In this document: positions 39,601 through 55,479 of the stretch, piece by piece | Numbering within the stretch: position 1 is the stretch's first letter | How the letters are laid out: each line of letters opens with the position of its first letter | From: Vicugna vicugna | Taxonomy: Eukaryota | Length of the DNA: 64,000 nt | Direction of reading: 5' to 3' | Assembly (NCBI GenBank): GCA_013265495.1 | Contig: MU059441.1 | Location: 496,001-560,000, forward strand | The notes under the pieces: generated by a model | Seen by the model: only the letters and a program-made list of their open reading frames with translations | What the model was told of the DNA's origin: nothing | Database searches by the model: none | Translations under genes and position numbers: made by a program

Positions 39601-42600
39601 TGTTAACTGTTGGCTACAAATCTACATCTTAAGCCTCGTGGGCCAGCCCAAGCATGCCACGGGCCACCAGGTGGTGGCCGGGGGCCTGAGCTGTGTCATC
39701 ATGGGCCCTTGGGGGGCTGGGGGCGGGGCCCACCAGTGGGCGGACACTCCTGCCTGTACGGCAGTCCCAGGCTGTGGCTGTGGTGCTGTCCCCTGGGGGG
39801 CCTGGGCTGGCCTGTCCACCGTCCCCTCAGGCACAGTGCTTTGTGTCGGTGCTGAGCGCCTGCTGTGTGCAGCTCTGGGCCTGAACTGCCGGGGACAGGA
39901 ACACTTCTTACCTTCCAGGGGCCTCTGTCTCTGGAAGCTTCCTGTGGAAGATGGCACCCCCCACTCACTCCAGGACTCTGAAACTCAGAGATTCTGAGAG
40001 TCTAGTGGCCTGGGGTGGGTCCCAGCCTCAGGGTGTTGGTGCAGCCTCTCCTCAGGATCCCCACTCAGGGCCTCCCTACCCCAAGGCCGACCACCTGCTT
40101 GGTGCATCCCGTGGGGGTCCCTGCACCCCAAGCCCAGGTCTGTGCAGGAGGTGAGCGGGGGAGGACCTGTGGGGCTCGGGGTGCTGACCTCACAAGAGAT
40201 GCTGGCGGGACTGGGCTGGGCCCTGTGGGCTCCTGCATGTCTGGGCAAAGTGCTGGTTTCGAGTGACTTGCCCTCTGGCGCCTGCGGAGCTTCCTGGGGG
40301 CAGCCTGCACATGGCGCCAAGTCGTGAGCCCTCGGCACATGCACACGGTCTCCAGGGGCAGGCGGGGTTGGGGCAGGGTGGTCCCCGGCATCCTGTGTGT
40401 GGCTGGTCTGTGACCAGCAGGCACACTAAAGTGTGACGCACCCATGGGAAGGTGCGTGGCCTGGAAAGTGTCCCACGAGAGCACAGCAGACACCCGTCCC
40501 CTCGAAGCCCCTTCCTGGTCACTGCCCTTCCCAGGGGTCACTTCACTGACTGACTGTCCATCCCTGAGGGCTGGCTTGTGGCAGGAGCCACATGGCACGT
40601 CCTCTGTCTTCTCCTGCCCAGCGCCCTGTGGGACTTAAAACCTCTGCCCTGCGGGCAACTGCAGGTGGTCACTCCTGTGCGTGGGGGCGTCCTCTGCTCA
40701 CATGGCTGCACGGTGTCCCCTCTTTCTGGGCTGATGTGATGTTTCTATGTTGCCATTTCCAGGACCAGGGGGCGTGGGCAGCAGCCGACAGGGTGGTCCG
40801 TCAGCGGTCGCCCACGGCCCTGCTCGTGGCTGATGGCTGGGTCCCCGCGGTGCTCTCCTCCCTGGGAGCTGTTGGTGGGAGTGGAGGGTCCCAGCTGCCT
40901 GCTTCCGGGGTGTCTCGGCTGCTGTGCTGTGGGGCCCTTGGCTGCACTGCCCTGCCCACCAAAGGCGGTGGTCCCCAGAACCTGAGAGCGGCGTTGCCTG
41001 GTGCCCTGCAATGTGTCTGTGTTCTGGGGGTCAGGGTGTGGTCCTTTTGGTTCTGTTGGGTGTGGCTGGCAGTGGCGGGCTGAACCAGAAGGGCATAGGG
41101 GCCTCTCAGTCACCATGGGGGGTCTGTCTAGAGGCGACCAGTCCCTTGTCCCAGAGCCAGTGCTGCAGGAGAGCTCATGCGACAGTGGCCAGTGGCGTTG
41201 CCCACGGTGAGCCTGGGGTATGGCCGGTCGGGCTCAGCCCCTGTGGGCACCCGGGCACTTGGGTAAGAATGACACTCTGGGGTGCAGGGGGTCTTGGCCT
41301 TCCTGTGCCCAGCCCCCGGTGCACCCAGGCTCACAGGACCCAAGTTTTCCACCCGCAGTGGCAGGGCCTCTCCCCCTCCAGGACCCGTCACCATGGGGGT
41401 TGGGGTGCGCATCCCTGGACAGTGCAGGAGATGGTCACAGAGGCTAGAAGAGGCCAGGGGTCTGGAGAGTCTGCCGGGAAGGGCGTTCTGGGTGGAGGGA
41501 ACAGTAGGGTCCAAGCTCAGAGGTGCTCGTGCGCTGCCGGGAAGGGAGCAGTGCCAGAGGGGTCGAGGCTTATCCTGCCCGGTGCTCAGCAAGGGCTGCG
41601 GAGCCTGGCTGGGGGCAGAGAGCTGGACGGCAGTGGCGGCTTTGAGAAGCACAGAGCGCTGCATCATCTCCTCATGCCGAGACCCCACTCAGGGTAGAGT
41701 GGGTGATGGGCCTTGGGTTTGAGGTAGGGACACATGGCCAGGTGGTCACTGCTGCCAGCCACAGCGGGCGGCCTGCTGGGCTCGGCATGCTTACACCTCA
41801 GGCCATAGTGGCAGCCCGGCCACTTCTCTGGCGTGTGATGGAGGCTGTGTGAACTTGGCTGCCTCTCGGCCCAGCTTTGTGCAGCCTCTGTGGCAGTGGG
41901 GCAGGTTCTCTGGGACCACTGTAACCTCCTCCACACCCGCCTTCAGAAACTCTGAGCCTCTTAATTCTCCCGGCCCTGTGAGTTGGTTTCTGTCAGCAGA
42001 CAAGGAAACTGAGGGTCAGGGAGGACCACTGCTTGCGTTGGCTGGTCCCTGCTTTCCTGTCTGTGTATTGAGGATTGCTGGTAGGAAAGATGAGATTCCT
42101 GGGACCCCCTACCTGACAGGTGTGTCTGGCTCAATTAGAACCATCAGGCCTCCTGCAAATCATGTTTTAATTACCTAATTACTGCCAAGAGGAAATTGCT
42201 AATTGCTTTTCCAGTATCAAATTTCTCCTGGCCTTTCTGAGAGCGGACCCAGGAAGGGGCCTAGAACCTGCCCCCTGCCAGAGAAGGGGGGAGCCTGTGG
42301 TGGCCCTGGACGGGGAGAGGAGAGGTCTGGGAGCTGGTCCTTCAGGGCATCAGCCAGGAGCCCTGACCAGGGAGGAGTTCCTGCGAGAAGAGGGTGCCAG
42401 AGGCTCCTGTCCTGTGCAGCCCCTCCCAGGACCACCCTGCCTCCTGGGGGGCTGGGAGCAGGTTTGGCAGCTGCATCTCCAGGAGGAGGGGGCTCCCCTG
42501 AAGTCCCAGCACTGAAGTCCCAGCGAGCTGGCCACTGCCCCCTCCTGTGCCTGCCCCCACCCAGGGCCTGTCCTGCTCCCCACCCCCACCCGTCTGGAGG

Positions 42601-45600
42601 CCAGGAGTCAGCTCAGCCTGTGCACCCCCGCTTTGCAGACAGGCACACGGGGGCCGCCATCTCGGGGTGGGCAGAGCAGGGAATTCTCACTCCCAGGCGG
42701 AGGCCTAGCTGCGCAGCCCCCTGCCTCCGGGCGGCTCGGGCGCGTGCCGGCCTTGGCCAGCAGCCTGGACGGCCCAGACATCCTCCCCGGTGCCCCAACC
42801 CGCCCTCAGCCCAGAGAATGAACCCTTTGTTGGGTCTGGGCTGGACGGACAGCTGACCTGGCCGGGCCGAGAGCAGCCTGCCCACAGCAGTTGGCCAGGG
42901 CCTCACGGTGCGAGGGGTGCGGGGGCAGCGGCTGGACCAGCCTAGGGCTTGGGCCTCCAGGGCCAGGGGCTGCCTCCCCTTGGCCTTGGGCAGGGGTCCC
43001 TCTGCAGGACCCCTGTCTGCTGTATCCCCAACCTCAGGGGCCTGCTGGCCTGAGGGTGCAAGGGTGACCCTATTCCCTGGCCTTCTGTGGGGAGGGGCAG
43101 GCCCGAGGTGGTGGTAGGCGCCTGGCCCACGGTCAGCGCTTTGCCTGGTTCTGGCTGGGAGAGGCTCCTGGGGCCCAGCCCTTCCCTGGGGCACTGACAG
43201 CCCTTGTGCCTCAGCTCAGAATCCTGGAGCCTCCTCCAGGTACGGAGGGGCAGGGATGACCCTGGGCGGAGACACAGGCAGGGGCAGAGGGCCTAGGTCA
43301 GAGCCGGGAGGGCGTGATGCAGCCTGCCAGGCGTGCCCAGGAGGCTGGATGGCTCCACTCAAGCCGTCTGGGTGGCACGATGGGCTCTTCATGGCGGATG
43401 GACCCGGCTGGGTTTGAGGAGATGGGTGTGGAAAGTTCTGGTGGTCTTGGGGGAGGGTCTGCAGAGCACAGCCCTGACAGCTGGAGGTCGGGGGAGGATG
43501 CTGGGGTTGTGGGAATCTCCTGTGTGTCCTGCGGCCCAGTTGCCCTGGGGTGGGCCGCCCCAGGTTGGTGGCCCTGAGTGACAGCTGTGAGCGGGCCTGT
43601 GGCGTCGGCACGCGAGCTGCGGGCATGTGTCCCACTGTCCTGCCAGCTGCCTGGCCCGTGCCACCTCCTGGCGGCCTGCTGCACCCCTCCCCCCACTTTT
43701 GGAGCAGACCCTGCACCCCTGGGTGCAGCTGGTTTGTTCAGTGCCCTGGGTCCCTCTGGCAGGTCTTTGCGGGCCTCTGTTTACCTGTCTGTGCGACACA
43801 GGTCCTGTGTCCCAAGGACTGGTTGTTCCCAGCCGCTCGGGGTCTGGCTAAGCCTTGACGCAGTTGCTCAGAGCATGGTGAGGGGCGTGTCCACTTGCTG
43901 GCCTGTGAGCTGTGCCTCCCTGATGCCCCCTTGCTCTCTGCTTTCCAGAAATGGGGAAGCTCTGTGTGTTTAAGGGCGGGGGCTGCCCAGTGTCTGGCAG
44001 GTGGGTGGACAGATGGGTGCATGGCGGATGGACAGCTGGACAAGCGTGCTCCCCGCCACAGCTGTTGGGAGCCACCTGTTGTGTCTGTGGTCCCCCAGCC
44101 GGCCTGTGAGCTGGGGCGTTCGGCAGCCTGGCTGGCCCGCCTGCCCCTCCCACCTTCCCCAGGACCCTGGGCTGGCTCTCTGAGCTCCTGTCCCCACCCT
44201 CTCAATACCCGCACCCCCGCCCCAGTCCCTGCAATGTTTCCCTCATCCCCTGCTGAGTGGGGCAGGGGATGTGACGTCCATGCTGCAGCCTGTGCCCTTA
44301 GCCCAGACGGGGAGGGGGTCAGGAGCAGCGCAACGTGGCTCTGGCGGTCAGGGTTGGGGAGGCTGGGGCCCTGGAGCATCCCAACTCAGCACACGCCCCT
44401 CGAGTGCCCCCTGCGCGTGGGGCCAGGAGTATGGTCAGCCCAGTGGCAAGGCCCCGGGGCAGGCCTCCCCCATCAGGGAGGCGCCTGCAGGGGGAAGAAC
44501 GTGAAGGGCCCTGACTTGGGTCATTTGAGCTGAGGCTGGATCTGGAGCTCGGGGTCCCCACTGGTGCCCCTGCCTGTGCCCAGGCCATCCCCTGCCCTCT
44601 GGCCTTCCTGTCCCCTACTCCCTGGCTGCAGTCCAGCCTGGTCTCGTTGGGCCTGTGTGGCTGGCTCTTGGGGGTTGGTGACTGCCATGGGGCTCGGTCC
44701 CCGGGAGCCCTCCTTCACGCCCCAGAGCGGCTCTGGCGTGGGAGTGGCGCTGTGCCGAGGTGAAGGCTGCTCTACGGGGCTGTGTCTGGGCCAGGGCGGG
44801 GCTGGGGCCCAGGCAGTGTGGGCGCAGAGGCCGGACTGCTGGCCTCCCCGGCCCTGCCCTGTGGCCGACGTCCAGCCTGGGCCTGGCCAGTCCGTGGAGC
44901 TGACTGTGGGCTCCCCGTGAGAGCAAGGCGGGAGGTTGTGGGGTTGGCGGGGTGCAGGTGGGGTCCTGTCCAGGCCCGACCCACAGGTGTGGAGGCTGGG
45001 CTGCCGTGGCACCCTGCCTCCTTCCTGAGGCCCTGTAGGCCCGGCCCCGTGGCTGCCTCCCCTGCCCAGTGCCGGACTCAGCTCTTCCGGGTCTGGTTTG
45101 ACTTAAGCCTGCCTGCCTGGCGGGGAGGCAGCTGAGCGGATGTTGGGGGTGGCCCGAGGCCCTCAGGAATGCGGCCCTCCCCCTTCCCTCTCTCCCGCAG
45201 CCTCTGGCCCAGCCAGCGCCCCACCCTGGCTGGCTGCCCTCTCCCAGCCCCTCTCGGAGCTGGCCCAGCCTGTGTTCGCCTGGCCCCACAGTCCCTGGCC
45301 AGTCAGACCTGCCCTGTCCTGTCAGCGTAGGGTGCAGAGGAGGGGTGTGGGCTGAGCCCCCCACCCCGGTGGAGGTGGAGGTAGGCTGGGCGCTCCGTTA
45401 CAGCCAGAGAAGGGAAGGCCCGCCCATGCCCGGGGAGCCTGCCCGGCCGCCAAGCTGGGTGGATGCCGCCCCACGAGTCCCATCTCTGGAAAGCCCCCTG
45501 GGTCTCTCTGTTAATTAAATACATTTGTTTGGTAAAAGCAACTAAAAATACTTGCAGCCTTGTGAGCTGTGGGGAAGGAGAGCTGGCTAATTAGCGCCCG

Positions 45601-46140
45601 GCTTGTTTGGGGTTTAGGGTACATTTCCATGTAGATGAGACCCCGCCCCTGACTTCCAGCCTGTCGGGCCCCACCTGCAGGACCAGCCCCTCACTGCAGC
45701 TCCTGCCTGGAGGCTCCCGGCCTCCCTTCTTAGCCGCACTGGGCCTCTCATGCCTGCTGCGTCCCTGCAGCCTCTTCATGCCCCCTATTCTCTCTGCACA
45801 AATAGCCCTTCCTCTGGGATGCCTAGCCTGGCCCCAGGGAAGCTGGGGCCCCTGCCCAGGGCTCCCGCCGCCTTTGCCCTGGGTGTGGCTGTGCAGCTTG
45901 CCATGTTGCTGGGCCGCGGTTTGCCCCAGCCCCGGGAGACCCCCACCCCTGGGCTGTGGCCTTGGTCGCCTGGTGGATGGGTTGGGCCAGGACCAGGCTA
46001 CTGGGCTGCAGCTGATCCTGCACCGGCTCCCTGGGGGCAGTGGGTGCCTCGGCATTGTTCTTCAAGGGCTGGGGGGTGGCTGGGGGTGGGCACCAGGCCC
46101 CAGCCCTTAGCTTGGAACGGGCTGGGGCAGGAGGCACTGA

Positions 46141-46512
<372 letters not shown>

Positions 46513-46884
46513 TAGGGTGCATCTGGGGCCCTGAGGCCTCAGGCTGTGGTCAAGCTGGTCAAGGCCGTGCACCACATCCTAGTCCAGGCTGTGGAGCCAG
46601 CCGTAGCCACCCTGGTGTCCCCCTGGCTGGCTGGAGATGGGCAGAGCAGGGGGCCGGGACCTTCTTCTTTGTCCCTTTCCTGCTGTCGGGTTTTTCCACC
46701 TCTTAGTGCGTCAGAGCCAAGCCGGTGAGATTGGGGTAAGCAGGGCTCTGTCTGCCTCTGGACTTAGGGTTGGGGTCAGAGAGCATGTGGCCTTCTTGGG
46801 AAGCTCAGGTGCAGACAGCGAGAGGGACTCTGGACGGAGCTGTGGGTTCTCTCTGTGCAGTGCTCTGTGCTGATGTGCTGCTGA

Positions 46885-47139
<255 letters not shown>

Positions 47140-47211
47140 TGAGTCTGCTAGGGGCGGCGAGGGTGGGAGGGCCCCAGGCCAGGCAGCCCTGCTGGGTTTC
47201 CTGGGACCTGA

Positions 47212-47699
<488 letters not shown>

Positions 47700-47813
47700 G
47701 TGAGGCTGTGGGCGGAGTGCCTGGGGGCCCTCCTGTCGGGCAGGGAGTGGTAGACGGTCGTTGGGACAGTGAACGGGCATCACATGGTGATGGGCTCTGT
47801 GCTGCTGGTGCAG

Positions 47814-47913
47814 GAGACCAGCGGGTAGTCAAGCTCTACCTGAAGTCCAAGGAGACCGGCAAGAAGTTTGCATCCGTGGACTTCGTCTTCTACAACTGCA
47901 GTGTCCACCAGTC
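47814..47913 (+). CDS. PLXNA1: PLXNA1 exon 8, 100 nt
   Basis: tgcag|GA GAC CAG...CAG TC|gtgagt; [33 protein letters not shown]. Confidence 0.96.
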
Positions 47914-49089
47914 GTGAGTGTCCCTGGCCACCTGCACACGTCCCCTGGGGCAGCACAGCCTGGCGTTCAGAGTGGAGGAGCCAGCAAGGGCAGGGCCTCC
48001 CCAGGGAGACGGGAGGGGCCTGGGGCCCAGTGGTCAGTGGGGCAGCAGGGGTGTGATGTGTGCTGATTCACATGAGAAGAGTCTCTCCAGCCACCTTGTG
48101 AGCAGGGGCAGGCAGCTTGTGGGCAGGCTGCTGCGCTGTCCAGGCCGGAGATGGCCAGCCAGGGGTCGGGCACTCGGCCCCTGCCGCTCTGGGGCAGGAG
48201 GGCCAGGTCCTCTGGTTGGGTGGCCCCTGGAGCACAGAGAGCTGGGCGGGGGAGCGCTCCCTGGGTCTCCCGTCTCCTGCAAGCACGCCAGCCTCAGAGG
48301 AAGAGCAGAAGCAGAGGACCCACTGTGCATCCCATAGGGCCCGGGGCACTGGGTGCAGAGGGAGTCCCCTGACCTGGAGGTGCCCAGCCTGGAGGGTCAA
48401 CCTCAGAACCAAGGAGTCTGGTTTCTTGAAGACAGGAAGTCATGTCTTCATTTGGTGACCGATTTGCAGACCGATGCCCGCCTGGCTCTCTGTGGGGTGC
48501 CCAGTGTGGGCCTGGGTGTTATGACCCCAGGGCCCGGCCTCCCCGGGTAGGGGCTGGGACCCCGGGGCAGGGAGCGTGCTCTGAGGCTTGGGGGACTGCT
48601 GGTCTCTGTAGAGGCGGGGTAGCGGCGGGTGACACGGAGCCACAGGGATGATGAGACGGGGGTGTGCAGGAACGAATCAGACAGGCTCCTGCCGGGCGAG
48701 CCTGTGTTCTGGTTGGGGAGGTGCTGTCTACCACAGCTGTCCAGCCCCAGCCACTGCTGGCCACCTACCTTTACATCTTAGTTTATCAGGACCAGGTGGG
48801 ATTTAAAACACACTTCTCAGCTGCGCTAACAAAGTTCCAATGCTGATGGTCACACATGACCTGGTGTGGCTGGTGGTCACTGCACTGGACAGTCTTGTCT
48901 TTAGACACGTGCATCCTTGGAAGGTTCTGTCGGTCGGTGCTGGGGTGGACTGTCAGGCGGGGAGCAACAGTGGGTGGCAGGTAGATTGGCTGTCAGGAGG
49001 CCTGAGCAGCGAGGAGCGATCTGTGCAAAGGCCCTGGGGCAGCTCCGTGAACAGCAGCAGGCATGTGGCCCTGGGGAGGCACAGGCTGA

Positions 49090-49488
<399 letters not shown>

Positions 49489-51721
49489 TGATGTGCAGGC
49501 CATTCCTGGAATCGCTTGCAGGGCTGTGTGGTAATTGGTGGTAATTAGGTGGTAACTGGAGCCGGGAAGGCAGTGACTGTCATGAGCAGTGGTGGTGAGA
49601 ACCAGGCCGAGGGGGGCCCTGTCCCCATGTCCCACTCTCAGTGTGGGGCCTTGGACCTCGACTTTGCAGTGGACACCACGCCCATTGGCTGCTTGGGGTG
49701 GGCAGGTGTGAGTCCCACTGGCCACATAGCCTTGAAGGCAGCAGCTAGGCTGGACTCCCCCAGGGCCAAGGGGCACAGCCAGCATGGGCCCCCTGTGCTG
49801 TGGCCACCCCCACCGTCTCCCCCTGGGCCTTGGTTTTCTCCCTCCCTGGTGACGTGATGGCAGTGGGGCGTGGGCCGAGAACAGATGGGACCGCAGGCAT
49901 TGGGGGTCGCAGTGTCTGTGACCATGGGTGGTGTGGGAGCCGGGAATACCAGCGTGGGCAGCTGACCCGACAGCTGGTGGGCTAGTGAGGAGGTGGGTGT
50001 GCCGTTACTGCAGGACTGCCCCAGGTGAGGCAGTGGCTCTGGTGGATGCCAAGAGCCCAGGTGCCAGCAGAGCGTTCCTGACGGGTGGGGGCCTGTCACC
50101 AGCCATCTCTGCCCCTTCCCCACCTGAGCTGCTCCAACAGAGGAAAGCACCCTGGGGTTAGTAGCCCGGTGGGGACCTCAGGGAGGCCGTCTGGGGCCGT
50201 CACAGCCCGGGACGTGGAGGAGCAGGTGGAGCGCCACTGCAGAAGTTTGCCAGGGCAGGGCTGGGCTAGGGGCGGCCGGGGTCGAGGGATCAGACTGACT
50301 TCACAGATGCGCCCTCCTCTACTGCAGCCCCCGTTTGCATGGGGACGTCCCTAAGGAGTATGATGTCTCCAGGGAGCCCTCCCTGCCCCTGCCTGTCTCT
50401 GGTTCTGGTTTGGTTCCCCTGGGGCCATGCTCACACCGCAGGGTCTCAGTCCCAGTCCCAGTGTCACCTGGCGTCCCACCCAAGAAGGGATGAAGTTCTG
50501 GTGCTCCCGTGTCTGCTCGGTTGTCTCGGGCTGGGAAGACCAGAGTATGTTGGGCGTGCGGTATTGGGAGGCAGCTGGTGCCAGGTGGGCGGCCTGGCAG
50601 CGGTCCGGCCTGGAGTGCCCCTGAGCACAGCCCGCCCTGGGAGCTGGAACTTTCTGCCTCAGTCCGGCCTCCCCAAGAACAGGGGGAGGGGCCCCTGGGA
50701 GTGGAGGGTTTTCGTCCAGACTCTTCTTTGGTCTGTGTGAGAACAGAGTCAGGTTGAGAGAACAAAAGTGTAAGTGAAATTATCAAAACAGAGTTGTGGA
50801 CCTGCATGGGTGAGTGCAGGGGGCCGGGCCCCCAGGGAGGGGCCTCTGTGTCCATACTGCTCATCTTTTCCCGGCTGCAGCTCAGCTGGGTCTCAGGCCA
50901 CTCGAGGGGGGGGGGTCAAAGCCAGGCCTGAGCTGACCCCTCTCTCCAGCCGGGGTCACAAGGTGCTGTGGCATGATGGGGGCACGGAACCTGTGCCCCG
51001 AGACCCACAGGGGACAGGTGATGGCGCTCACCTCTGGGCAGAGAGGTGGTGTCAGTGTGGAGGGAAGGTGTGAGGTCAGGGGGCAGTGGCAGCAGGGCCA
51101 TGGTGGCCAGGATGAGCCGGGGCTGCCGAGGAACCGGGGGTCAGCCAAGGGCTGGGGGCAGCAGGAGGGTCCCTGGACTTGGGGCTGGCCTGGGCGCCTT
51201 TCCAGAGGTTGGGGCCGTGCTGGTGTCAGTGTGGCCACCATGCACACTGATGACTCCCGCCGGGGCTGCAGCCTGAGCACAGCTCCGAACGCAGCCCGAG
51301 TGCCGGCCGATGCCCGTGTCCACGTGGCCATCGCCTGCCTCTCGCTGGTGGAGACGGGGCACCTGCAGACCCAGCGGTCAGTGATCAGCCTGCCTGGCCT
51401 GCCCTGCCAGCTCTGCTGCCCCAGTGCCCTCAGGGGCCCTGAAAACCCCTGCAGAGCAGGCCCACTGCCTCGGGAGCAGCTCTGAGGATCCAGGATTATA
51501 GCCTGTTTTCAGCATCTCTATTTAAAGCGCTCGGAGCGTTCCCAGGGGCCGTCCTCCGCGGGCCATCGATCTCGGCAGGCCGTCTTCTCTGGGCTGCTGC
51601 AGCCCTGCTGCAAGGAAGCCAGGCCGTTGCATCAGCTGCTGTTGCGGAGGAGCTGGCCCTGGTGGCCAGGGTGTTTTCCGCTCACTCTGGCCATTTTCAC
51701 CTGCTCCCCGCCGCCCGCTGA

Positions 51722-52636
<915 letters not shown>

Positions 52637-53944
52637 TAGAGAGCCTCAAATCCAACAGGGTGACTTTATTCAGGCCTTTATCAAGTCTTGTAAATTTAGT
52701 GACAGTGGTCTTTGCAGAGCCAGAACCTTCCCTGGTGGGTGAAGGGAGAGGACCGAGTTGTTGGTCTTGAGGCCAGCTGAGTCCTGCTCACCCGCAGGCC
52801 TTGGCCTCCCCATCTGTTCAGGAGAGCAGTGGATTTCCTGGAGCTGGCCAAGGCCCCGCATGGTGGGTGGGTGACTCTGGGCCGTCCGTACGGTCCCTTG
52901 GAGCCCTGGGGAGGGGTTTGAGGTCAGAGGTCTGGCTAGATTCTGTTGGTGGTGGCCCCTTGGCTGACCTGCTCTGGCAGGGTGGGCTGGAGACCAAGGG
53001 TCACCACAGGTTCTCGGGGCAGGTCTGCCGCTTGGCGGGGCCCTAGAGTTCCCCAAGCCTTCCTGCCTGTCCAGCCCTGTTTTCCCTCCTCCTCACTCAC
53101 TGCCTCCTGCTGGCCACACCCTCCACCCACATCTCCCTCTGGCTCCCCTAGCCTGGCTGTCTCCACCTCTTCTTCCTTTTTTGCATCCCTAAGGCCGTCT
53201 ATCCGTCTCTCTGCATTTCTCCCCCTCCCTGAGCCTGTCACCTCTGTCCCCGCAGTCCCCACCACCACCCCCCCAGACCCACATTTATCTTTCCTGCAGC
53301 TCCTTGTAAAGGGAAAAGGGAGTATCAGGGAATTTGATAGGATCCAATTAAATTCCTGTAGATAAGACGGTGATGAATTACTCTGGGATGGACCGCAGGT
53401 CTTCAGCTGCAGAAAGTGGGACACAGCTGGGCACCCAGGCCTGGGCCCCCCGGGGAGGGCCGTGTCCCTGAACCCAGCCCAGCCTGGGGGTGAGGGGCAG
53501 TCAGGGCATGGGGGGCGCATGTCTCCCACCTCAGGGCAGACCTGGAGGTGGGATTATTGAGCCTGTTTGGATTTGAGGAAAGGGAGGTTCACAGAGCGTC
53601 CCTGACGTGTGTCCAAGGGGTGCAGTGGGAGTCCTGGTCTCCTGGTGGGGCCGCCTGCAGTGGGCGGGTGGGTGGGCGGGCTTCACCCTGGAGGGCAGGG
53701 CCGTGGCCACCAGGAAGGAAGCGTGTGCGCGCGCGCGTGGATAGCAGGCTCTGGTCGTGGCAGCAGATGCTTGGTCCCTTAAGCTGGCCTGCAGGCGGGT
53801 GGCTCTGGGCATTCGCTCCAGATTGTAAATGCCAGTCTCGCGAGGCAGAGCCCCCAGACCCCCCCAGCGGCCAGGCCCGGAAGTGGCCAAGGAGGACACC
53901 AGGCCCTGAGGTGCTGCCCCGGGCTGGGCCGCCGTGTGGCCTGA

Positions 53945-54330
<386 letters not shown>

Positions 54331-54411
54331 GTAGGCGGGCCCCCAGGCCTGGGAGGGGCCACGGCCTCCCGTCCGCCGCCTCCCCGCGTCCCAGCCTCTG
54401 CCTCCCCGCAG

Positions 54412-54563
54412 CTGTCCCCCGAGACGGGCCCGCGGCAGGGGGGCACGCGCCTCACCATCACGGGCGAGAACCTGGGGCTGCGCTTCGAGGACGTGCGGCT
54501 GGGCGTGCGCGTGGGCAAGGTGCTGTGCAGCCCGGTGGAGAGCGAGTACATCAGCGCGGAGCA
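54412..54563 (+). CDS. PLXNA1: PLXNA1 exon 13 (IPT3), 152 nt
   Basis: cgcag|CTG TCC CCC...GAG CA|gtgagt; [22 protein letters not shown]...YISAEQ. Confidence 0.96.
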
Positions 54564-54650
54564 GTGAGTGCGCGGGCGGGGCGGGGCGGGGCGGGGCCAC
54601 TGGAGGGGCGGGGCTGCTGGGGGCGGGGCCGGCCCGGATGCCCGCGCTGA

Positions 54651-54968
<318 letters not shown>

Positions 54969-55071
54969 TGAGACCCTGTGAGCACAGGCCTGGGCCAGCT
55001 GGGGAGCTTGCGGGGGCAGGGACACCGGTGTTTCCCTGGAGCTCCAGCCACCCAGTCCTTCCTTCCCCTAG

Positions 55072-55479
<408 letters not shown>

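Noticed and set aside
41834-42010. Possible MLT-type LTR remnant (tgtgatgg...aacttggctg...aggaaactga)
   Set aside because: Too degraded to call by eye; needs RepeatMasker
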